Assembly (NCBI GenBank): GCA_963693055.1
Contig: OY843751.1
Coordinates: 2,240,001-2,304,000 of the forward strand
Direction of reading: 5' to 3'
Length of the DNA stretch: 64,000 nt
Source of the DNA: a bacterium
GTDB taxonomy: Bacteria; Zhuqueibacterota; Zhuqueibacteria; Residuimicrobiales; Krinioviventaceae
Below the pieces are notes generated by a model that worked only from the letters and a program-made list of their open reading frames with translations, was not told the DNA's origin and searched no databases. Shown piece after piece: positions 9,529 to 17,453 of the stretch. The translations under genes were made by a program, and so were the position numbers. How positions within the stretch are numbered: the first letter of the stretch is position 1; each line of letters starts with the position of its first letter.

Positions 9529-10350
9529 TTGAAAATCCAGATAAACAAGATCACTGACGAAGAAAAGACCAAAGTCATATCTTATGCTCTTTCCCATACG
9601 GACCTGAACCATAGAGAAATGGCGTATCGCATGATTGATGAGAATATTGTTTTTATGAGTTCATCGAGCGTGTATCGCATCCTTAGAGAAAACAATCTGT
9701 TAGTACGTCGCCAGCCGAGACCAAAGCGAGATTATTGGAATGCTCATACTATGTTAACAGGCCCCGATAAAGTCTGGCAAACCGATCTGATGGTGGTCCG
9801 GTATAAAAATCGGGATTATTATCTATTGTCTTACATGGATGTGTTTTCACGATGTATTGTATATTACAAACTTTGCAGCAGCATGACAGGTGACACAGTT
9901 AAGGAGGCAACCCTGGAAGCATTTGCGGTAACAAATAAAAAGCCGGAGGTTATCCAATCCGATAATGGCAGCTGTTATATTAGCAGTGAGTACAAAAAGT
10001 GCTTTGCCAACTGCCCAATGGAACACCGTTTTATACATCCACACTGTCCGAACGAAAATGCCGAAATCGAACGATATCACCGGACACTGCGGGAAATGAT
10101 AGATCCGTACGATGCCAGAGATTTTAATCAACTGTGCGAACTTGTCAAAGAACAGATAGAATATTATAATCATAAACGCTATCATTCCGGTATAGGATTT
10201 GTACCGCCCTGGCTGAAATATACTGGTAAGGCGGATTCACTGATCAAGTCCAGAAAACAAAAGTTACAAATAGCCAAACAGAAACGTATGAAACAAAACT
10301 GGACAAATTATCAAAGTGCAATTCAAACAATCAAACAAAAAGCAGCATAA
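9529..10350 (+). CDS. IS3 transposase OrfB (rve/DDE core); the frame is open upstream to about 9340
   Basis: 'VWQTD', 'DVFSR', 'IQSDNGSCY', 'NAEIERYHRTL', 'YNHKRYHSGIG'. Confidence 0.9.
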   Translation: MKIQINKITDEEKTKVISYALSHTDLNHREMAYRMIDENIVFMSSSSVYRILRENNLLVRRQPRPKRDYWNAHTMLTGPDKVWQTDLMVVRYKNRDYYLLSYMDVFSRCIVYYKLCSSMTGDTVKEATLEAFAVTNKKPEVIQSDNGSCYISSEYKKCFANCPMEHRFIHPHCPNENAEIERYHRTLREMIDPYDARDFNQLCELVKEQIEYYNHKRYHSGIGFVPPWLKYTGKADSLIKSRKQKLQIAKQKRMKQNWTNYQSAIQTIKQKAA

Positions 10351-10453
10351 TGTACTAAACTAAAATTTTTCCATTTTTAATCATTATGTGTGAAACAATT
10401 AGAAAGTACTCTATTATGTGATAATTACCCTTTATTTTGTAGTAATATACAAA

Positions 10454-10522
10454 TGTTAATACTGTTAAAAACATTATTTAACAGTTATTATCTGGATATT
10501 TGCTTTATTTATTAATACTATA
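10454..10522. promoter_or_regulatory. conserved 69-bp operator/promoter element, copy 1 (upstream of TBDR1)
   Basis: 55/69 ungapped identity (manual count) to 33542-33610; contains TGTTAA-n3-TGTTAA-n9-TTAACA. Confidence 0.75.
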
Positions 10523-10648
10523 CTAAAGATTAATAATTGTTATGAATTATTTTGATCTTGTTATTTTGTTATATATGTAGAAAAAGATAACTGATTTTGA
10601 TGTAACATATTTTTATCCATTTTTATCTTCCAGAATTATCAGAATTTT

Positions 10649-13561
10649 ATGCGATTGGAGGTTATAACAATGCGATGGTTGCAATATCTTTTCATTACTT
10701 TAGGGGTACAATTAACACTCACCTTATCTGTCTATTCTGCAGTTATTCAAGGTAAAATTACAGACAAGTCTACGGGAGATCCTTTACCTGGGGCTAATGT
10801 ACTCATTCAAGGTACTGCAATTGGTGCTGCTACGAATTTAGACGGAAAGTATTACATCTCCAAGGTTCCACCTGGTAATTATACCCTGAACGTTACTTTT
10901 ATCGGATATAAATCAAGCTCAAGTAATGTGATTGTAAATGCCAACAAACCTGCTGTCGTAGATTTTACTCTGGTTTACGATGTGGTTGAAGGAGAAACAG
11001 TAACAATTACTGCACAGGCTGAAGGGCAAATAGCTGCTATTAATCAACAATTGCGGTCTAATACAATAAAAAATGTTGTTTCTTCTGAAAGAATATTGGA
11101 ATTACCTGATGCGAATGCTGCTGAATCTGTAGGAAGGTTACCCGGTATTTCTATCAAACGTAGTGGTGGTGAAGGTAATCAAATTGTAATACGTGGATTA
11201 TCACCTACTTATAATACCATTACCGTTGGAGGTGAAAAAGTACCGGCAACGGATCTGGATACCCGTAGCGTTGATTTGAACATGATCTCACCGGAAATAT
11301 TAGATGGAATTGAAGTCACAAAGGCGCTTACACCCGATATGGATGCAGATGCTTTTGGTGGTGTTGTTAATTTCAAACTTGCTGAAGCACCATCGGGTTT
11401 CCGATCAAATATGCGATTCCAACAAGGATACAACCAACAACGTGATGAACTGGGTCAATATAAAGGCAGTGTTACTTTGAGTAATCGTTATATAAGTGAT
11501 AAATTGGGTATAATGGTTACAGGAAATGTGGAAAGAGCACAACGTGGTTCGGATCAATATGAAGCCAGTTATGGAATTGTACGTGAAAAACGTGAAGGTG
11601 AAGAATATGCTCCAGTATCCGTAGGGCAGGTTAACCTAATATATGTAGATGAAATTCGTGAACGTCTGGGTTTCAGCCTTCTTTCTGATTACAAGCTAAA
11701 GTATGGAAAAATTATGTTTTCAAATTTCTTTAGCCGGTTAAATCGAGATGAATTTAATTTACAAAATTCTTACAATGATGGCAGCAATTGGCATGAATAT
11801 AGATCTACCGATCGTCAACGTCAAATAGATATTATGACCAATTCATTTTCGGGTGAACACAGTTTGTATTTTGGTATGATCGATTGGCGTCTTTCACGTA
11901 CTGCTTCTATGACTCGGCACCCTTATGACAGCAGATTTCGTTTTCAAGAAAAAAGTGCTTTTGATCAATCCATGTTGCCACAATATGCAACTGCTGATCA
12001 GTTGATAGCAGCAGCAGTTAATGATCTGGACAAAACATTCTTGTATCAGGGCAATTATTATGAAGAAAAAGCATTTGAACGTGATTATAATGCCCAGTTT
12101 AATGTTGAAATTCCCTATATGATTATAAATAATATTGCAGGAAAGTTGAAATTCGGAGCAAAGTATACCAGCAAGAGTAAAATTCGAGATCGTTTACATG
12201 CAAACAAACGATTAGATTCCAGCAGTGAAGCTTTTGAGCGTCATCATTCTAAATATGGAGACCCGGATTTTGAATTTCAGAGAATTGCTGGAACACATTT
12301 TCCATCAATTTATAATTATGTTGATCCTGATTTTGATGCAGGCAACTTTTTAAGTGGAGATTATGATTTCCCCATTGGCTTGGACCGTAAAGAACTGGAC
12401 TATTTTCTAAGTTCGTACCTGATAGATTCAACTTATGTTTTTTCATCACTGGCTGATATGGATGATTACGAAACTTCTGAAAATGTTGGTGCTGGATATA
12501 TAATGACCGAGATTAATTTGGGAAGATCATTAATGTTTATGCCAGGTGTACGGTATGAGCATACATTTAATGATATGACCGGACGAAAAGGAAGTATAGC
12601 AGAAGAGTTTTACGAACCTGATCTTAATGATCCTTTTGTTTCTGATACAACTGCGACAAACAAGTATGGTCGATGGTTTCCAATGATTCATCTCAGGTAT
12701 AAACCGTCAAGTTGGTTTGATATTCGGGTTGCATATACTCGAACTTTATCTCGTCCTCGATTGTCATGGATGCTTCCCAAACGTAAAATTCATGGCTCCG
12801 CGCAAACGGTAGAGTTTGGTCGTCCGGATTTATTACCCCAGATTGCTACAAATTATGATATCTTTTTGTCATTTTACAGTAACAGAATTGGATTGTTTAC
12901 TTTGGGTGGGTTTTCTAAAGATATTGATGATCTGATATTTGAGAGGGAAGGGCATAAAATTCTCGATCCTGAAGCTGAAGGATTTACAAGTGACCTTAAA
13001 GGCCTCTGGCTCGACCGTCCTGAGAATAATCCATACAAGACTAAAATTCGTGGGCTAGAGATGGAATGGCAAACCAATCTTAATTGGCTGCCCAAGCCTT
13101 TTAATGGGTTTGTTATTAATGTAAATTATTCACATATTTGGTCAGAAACGCGTTTTCCACGTTCTTATGTGGTTTCGGACAAAATTCCTGTCTTTCCTTT
13201 TGTGGTTACAACGGTTGTTGATACATTTCGTGTAGGTGATATGCCAGATCAGCCGGATGATATTGCAAATATTGCACTTGGTTATGATAATGGTCCTTTG
13301 TCAGCCAGGTTGTCCATGTTGTACCAGGGTAAGACTTTATCATCTGTTGGTGAACGGGAAGAGTTGGATGGATTTACCGCTGATTTATTAAGATGGGATT
13401 TATCCGTCAAATATCGTTTCAATCGACAAATTGGGCTTTTTGTTAATTTAACAAATATTAGTAATGAAGCGGATGAATCTTTCATGTTAAACCAAAAGTA
13501 TCTGACTTTGAGAGAATATTATGGTTGGACTGTTGATCTCGGTATTGCTTATTCATTATAA
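10649..13561 (+). CDS. TonB-dependent receptor 1 (carboxypeptidase-regulatory-like N-domain, plug, barrel); start probably 10670
   Basis: Signal peptide, 'GDPLPGANV', plug 'ELPDANAAESVGRLPG', 'IEVTKALTPDMDADA', C-terminal beta-strand. Confidence 0.95.
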   Translation: MRLEVITMRWLQYLFITLGVQLTLTLSVYSAVIQGKITDKSTGDPLPGANVLIQGTAIGAATNLDGKYYISKVPPGNYTLNVTFIGYKSSSSNVIVNANKPAVVDFTLVYDVVEGETVTITAQAEGQIAAINQQLRSNTIKNVVSSERILELPDANAAESVGRLPGISIKRSGGEGNQIVIRGLSPTYNTITVGGEKVPATDLDTRSVDLNMISPEILDGIEVTKALTPDMDADAFGGVVNFKLAEAPSGFRSNMRFQQGYNQQRDELGQYKGSVTLSNRYISDKLGIMVTGNVERAQRGSDQYEASYGIVREKREGEEYAPVSVGQVNLIYVDEIRERLGFSLLSDYKLKYGKIMFSNFFSRLNRDEFNLQNSYNDGSNWHEYRSTDRQRQIDIMTNSFSGEHSLYFGMIDWRLSRTASMTRHPYDSRFRFQEKSAFDQSMLPQYATADQLIAAAVNDLDKTFLYQGNYYEEKAFERDYNAQFNVEIPYMIINNIAGKLKFGAKYTSKSKIRDRLHANKRLDSSSEAFERHHSKYGDPDFEFQRIAGTHFPSIYNYVDPDFDAGNFLSGDYDFPIGLDRKELDYFLSSYLIDSTYVFSSLADMDDYETSENVGAGYIMTEINLGRSLMFMPGVRYEHTFNDMTGRKGSIAEEFYEPDLNDPFVSDTTATNKYGRWFPMIHLRYKPSSWFDIRVAYTRTLSRPRLSWMLPKRKIHGSAQTVEFGRPDLLPQIATNYDIFLSFYSNRIGLFTLGGFSKDIDDLIFEREGHKILDPEAEGFTSDLKGLWLDRPENNPYKTKIRGLEMEWQTNLNWLPKPFNGFVINVNYSHIWSETRFPRSYVVSDKIPVFPFVVTTVVDTFRVGDMPDQPDDIANIALGYDNGPLSARLSMLYQGKTLSSVGEREELDGFTADLLRWDLSVKYRFNRQIGLFVNLTNISNEADESFMLNQKYLTLREYYGWTVDLGIAYSL

Positions 13562-13644
13562 ATAATTTGTATTGTTGTCCAGCTAGTGAATTTGAATATG
13601 ATTATAATTAGATTTATCTAGTTAATTCATTTTAAAACTTTGAC

Positions 13645-13655
13645 AAGGAGGTGAT
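13645..13655 (+). promoter_or_regulatory. stand-alone perfect Shine-Dalgarno sequence (AAGGAGGTGAT)
   Basis: 11-nt match to the canonical anti-SD about 60 nt upstream of ATG 13717, which has its own GGAGG RBS. Confidence 0.4.
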
Positions 13656-13716
13656 TGAGTACAATAATTTTTATTAATTCAATTAATTCGTTAAAACTTA
13701 TCATCGGAGGTTTTGT

Positions 13717-15363
13717 ATGAAAGTTCTATTTACAATTTTGTTATCAACAACTTTTTGTTGTTTATTGGTTATGCCAGCAGTAGCCCAAGATTACTTGGAT
13801 GTTGAACCGGGTTATGAAACATTGAACCTTGCCATTGAAGGTGATACAACTGCCGCAGGTGAGCCGGTAAGCCAGAATAGGGTTTATCGACTGCAACGTG
13901 GCGGATATTATCTTTTGAATGGTTCTATACAAAACTCGAAAGACATGCCACTGGTAATTGTAGCCGCGGAAGGCGATGGCGCATTACCCATAATTATTCC
14001 TGCAACAGATGAAACCGGTGCTTCTTCCAGAGCATTTGCTTTGCCCGCTGATTGTACGTTGAGGAATTTATATGTTTCCGGAATTGATAACCTGGGAAAT
14101 CAGGCATCAAAGAACATGTTCCGTTTGGAAAAAACAGGTGGCCGTTATATTGTTGATGGCTGTTTTTTTGATCACGATGCACAAGCCTTTGTAAGGATGA
14201 ATGCTGATGACCAAAAATTATACATCTATGACTCTATCTTTCGTAATTCAATACTCCTTGCAGGTCCTGGAAATGGTCGTTTTATAGATACACGTGGTAA
14301 TACTGTCGATACCATGATGGTTCAAAACTCTACTTTTTACATGTGTTCAAGCAGCATGGTAAGAGATGGTGGCGGAATTATTCAAAATGTATTGTTTGAC
14401 CATGTTACAGTATACCAGGGAAATGGTAATTTTGCATTTAATAAAGTATTGAATGGACATTTCAATGACTGTCTTATTATTGATGCACGTTGGGAAGGTG
14501 ATGTTGAGCCTACTGATCCTGCTGCAGCATTAGCTGATAGTCTGGAAACAGATATCATATCAATTGATTCTTTGAATGCACCTGACCTGATGTCTGAAGG
14601 TGAACGTGCTTTTCAGCTCAAGAATAATATCTATGGCTGGACACCAGAAGTCACTGAATTTATTGCCGGCATAGATTCATTGCAAAAGGCTGTTTTGTTT
14701 AATGCACGTGCCCAACGTTACTTTGATGTGTTTGATGGTTTTGTAGACGAAAATAATGTTGAAGATACTGTTGTTTTTAGTGATGCTCCAGCTCCTGCCA
14801 ATGTTATTACTTTTGCTCAATATCGTATTGATACTGGTTTCAGTGATGAGAATAATCCTGATCCACGAGCAGATCGTAATGGTTTGGCTGCTTTGTCTGA
14901 AGATCCAGAAAGCATTGGACCGGCTCCGGATGAATATGATTTTGACTACAATACCGATGCTCAAGCTTATACGCATGCAGCAGGTGGATTCCCTGTTGGT
15001 GACTTGAACTGGTTCCCTGATAAAAAAGCAGAATGGGAAACCTGGGTAACAACAGATATTACTGAAAATAATGCTACTCCGTCAACTTTTAGCATGAAAC
15101 AAAATTACCCCAATCCATTTAATCCTACAACTACTATTGATTTTGCGTTAAACAAATCTTCTCAAGTTGAATTAATAGTTTATAATGCATTGGGACAAAA
15201 AATAAGAACATTAATGGATGGTAAAATTCAGGCTGCAGGCACCCATAGTATAAATTGGGATGGTCGCAATGATAATGGTACCAAGGTTGCCAGTGGTATT
15301 TATATGTATCAGATCAAAGCTGGTAATCAGGTCGAAACTAAAAAGATGGTTTTAATGAAATAA
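13717..15363 (+). CDS. secreted acidic protein with beta-helix-like core and C-terminal T9SS-type A/FlgD-Ig sorting domain
   Basis: Signal peptide; 'QNYPNPFNPTTTIDF...WDGRNDNG..VASGIYMY...KKMVLMK'. Confidence 0.85.
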   Translation: MKVLFTILLSTTFCCLLVMPAVAQDYLDVEPGYETLNLAIEGDTTAAGEPVSQNRVYRLQRGGYYLLNGSIQNSKDMPLVIVAAEGDGALPIIIPATDETGASSRAFALPADCTLRNLYVSGIDNLGNQASKNMFRLEKTGGRYIVDGCFFDHDAQAFVRMNADDQKLYIYDSIFRNSILLAGPGNGRFIDTRGNTVDTMMVQNSTFYMCSSSMVRDGGGIIQNVLFDHVTVYQGNGNFAFNKVLNGHFNDCLIIDARWEGDVEPTDPAAALADSLETDIISIDSLNAPDLMSEGERAFQLKNNIYGWTPEVTEFIAGIDSLQKAVLFNARAQRYFDVFDGFVDENNVEDTVVFSDAPAPANVITFAQYRIDTGFSDENNPDPRADRNGLAALSEDPESIGPAPDEYDFDYNTDAQAYTHAAGGFPVGDLNWFPDKKAEWETWVTTDITENNATPSTFSMKQNYPNPFNPTTTIDFALNKSSQVELIVYNALGQKIRTLMDGKIQAAGTHSINWDGRNDNGTKVASGIYMYQIKAGNQVETKKMVLMK

Positions 15364-15419
15364 TTCAGTTTGCCGGTTTGATTGATTAATTTTAAAAACC
15401 GGATTGGATATTCTTTCAG

Positions 15420-15457
15420 GTTGCAGCAGGTTCAATGCTACACCTGCTGCAACTTTT
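15420..15457 (+). terminator. rho-independent terminator or processing hairpin
   Basis: 12-bp perfect stem GTTGCAGCAGGT/ACCTGCTGCAAC followed by TTTT. Confidence 0.7.
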
Positions 15458-15497
15458 GATAATAATAATTCCTGAATTTTCATGAAAGGACCTGAAC

Positions 15498-16298
15498 ATG
15501 AAACATATTCTTATGTTTTTGCTCGTGTTTATTTTCACATCTGTTGGGAGTTTGATTGCCCAGGAGAATAATGATATATCTTTACATTTGTATGGTACAT
15601 TTTCACTTCCTACTGGTGATTATGGTAAAGATATTACTGACAATTCAATTCCCACTCGTCGTTTCGGATTCAGTATTGGTGATAAAATCGGGTTGGCAAC
15701 AACAGGTTTTGGCGCAGGTGCTGAATTGACATCCGCTGTGTGGTTTAAAGGATTACAATGGATGTTTAGTGTTAATTATATTCTCAATCCTGCAGAAAAT
15801 TCAGCTCTGGAATCTGTTTATAATGACATGCTTTCAGATACATCAAAAAGTGTATCCGTAGATTTAGAACTGGGGCAATGGATCAATGTCCCGATATTTA
15901 GTGGATTTCAGTACAACTATGATCTTTCTTCCGATTTTAGGGTTTATGGAATATTGCAGGGCGGTATGAATTTTTCTAGACGTCCTTCTCAAAAAGCTGT
16001 TGTACAAATTGTTCCAAGTGAAGGCAGCACAGTAGTTGCACGTTCTGATCTTGTTGCAGAAGATACCAGTTATGAATTTGCACGTGATTTTGGATTCGGT
16101 ACAGGTTTGGGTATTGTTTTTAAACAGCGTATTAATCTTGGTGTAAGATATTTCAATCTCAACCAACCCAAGTATGAAGGTACCCGCCAATTATCTGAAA
16201 AAGTTTTCCCGGAAATATATGCCAGAGAAAATTACATCCTCGGTGAAGAACGCTCTATTTCCATGTTACTGGTTACACTTGGTATAGTATTATTCTAA
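15498..16298 (+). CDS. outer-membrane beta-barrel protein
   Basis: Signal peptide, amphipathic beta-strands, C-terminal Phe. Confidence 0.65.
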   Translation: MKHILMFLLVFIFTSVGSLIAQENNDISLHLYGTFSLPTGDYGKDITDNSIPTRRFGFSIGDKIGLATTGFGAGAELTSAVWFKGLQWMFSVNYILNPAENSALESVYNDMLSDTSKSVSVDLELGQWINVPIFSGFQYNYDLSSDFRVYGILQGGMNFSRRPSQKAVVQIVPSEGSTVVARSDLVAEDTSYEFARDFGFGTGLGIVFKQRINLGVRYFNLNQPKYEGTRQLSEKVFPEIYARENYILGEERSISMLLVTLGIVLF

Positions 16299-16308
16299 AG
16301 ATGCCCAT

Positions 16309-17355
16309 ATGAAAAAGAACTTGATTGTATCTATCCCTGTTTATTTGCTCTTTACAATGATTTTTTTTCATTCTTGTGAGCAAACAAGTATAAAAAAACC
16401 GATCAGATCAATATCCAAAATTGTATTTTTGTCTAATCGGGATTCTGCACCAAGGCAATTTGATGTTTTTACAATGAATCTTGATGGCAGCAAACAAATC
16501 AATTTAACGCGTGATTTAAATACTATTCAAACAAATTCAAAACCTTTATTTTCTCCTGATCAGAATAAAGTGGCTTTTACAGCATTTGAAAAAACAGGTC
16601 CGGTTTTAAAATTGTATGATTTACAAGATAGTACTTTGGTTACGCTTTGTCTCTTGACACATGATGCACCTCATGCTGAATTTTCTCCTGATGGCAAATC
16701 CATTGTCTTTGTTCAAAAAGTAGCTGACCGTCGGCAAATTTATTTGATTAACACTGATGGATCCGATGAAAAGAATATTTCAAACAATTCTTTTGATGAA
16801 TATAATCCATCTTTTTCCAGTAATGGAAAACACGTTGTTTTTGTATCAGATCGACATAATTCCTATATGTTACGTATTATTGATCTTGAAACTTTCAAGA
16901 TAGATGATATAAATTTAGATTGCGGTAAACCTGCTAATCCGAAATTTTCTCAAGACAATTCAATGATTGTATTTTCAGCTGAGCAAAAAGGTGTGTCAGA
17001 TATATATATTATGAAATCTAATGGAACGCGATTACAAAACCTGACCCTTGGTCGATACCGCAATACTTTTCCACAATTTACACCAGATGGTTCAACTATT
17101 GTGTTTTTATCAAATGAGCGAGGCATGAAATATCAGGATATTTGCACAATAGATGTTAAAGGAAAATTGTTTACAAATCTTACTCGTGATTTAAATTACA
17201 TTAATCAGCATTTTATTATTACACCAGGTGGCCGGTTTATTATTTTTGATTCTGTCAAGTTTAATGATTGTGAAATTTTTCAAGTTGAAATTAAATCAGG
17301 TGAATTGGTCAATCTTTCTAATCATCCCAAATGGGACCAGTCACCAAATATTTAA
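16309..17355 (+). CDS. TolB-like beta-propeller (PD40 repeats) lipoprotein
   Basis: Lipobox-like 'FHSC'; repeats 'FSPDQNKVAF', 'FSPDGKSIVF', 'FTPDGSTIVF'. Confidence 0.85.
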   Translation: MKKNLIVSIPVYLLFTMIFFHSCEQTSIKKPIRSISKIVFLSNRDSAPRQFDVFTMNLDGSKQINLTRDLNTIQTNSKPLFSPDQNKVAFTAFEKTGPVLKLYDLQDSTLVTLCLLTHDAPHAEFSPDGKSIVFVQKVADRRQIYLINTDGSDEKNISNNSFDEYNPSFSSNGKHVVFVSDRHNSYMLRIIDLETFKIDDINLDCGKPANPKFSQDNSMIVFSAEQKGVSDIYIMKSNGTRLQNLTLGRYRNTFPQFTPDGSTIVFLSNERGMKYQDICTIDVKGKLFTNLTRDLNYINQHFIITPGGRFIIFDSVKFNDCEIFQVEIKSGELVNLSNHPKWDQSPNI

Positions 17356-17453
17356 AATAAAATTTAGAAACAAAGAGTTGGCTTTGTTGAATTATTTCAC
17401 CAAAAGGTGAAATAAAGTGTGAATGATATTGATAGATTTACACTTTTCAGTAA

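Larger units (their letters stand above)
8994..10397 (+). mobile_element. IS3-family insertion sequence (about 1.4 kb)
   Basis: TG...CA termini; imperfect IRs (left TGTTTC...TTTTAGTTTAGTGCAT, right reverse complement TGTTTC...TTTTAGTTTAGTACAT); orfA/orfB with an A9 run; no clear target duplication. Confidence 0.9.
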
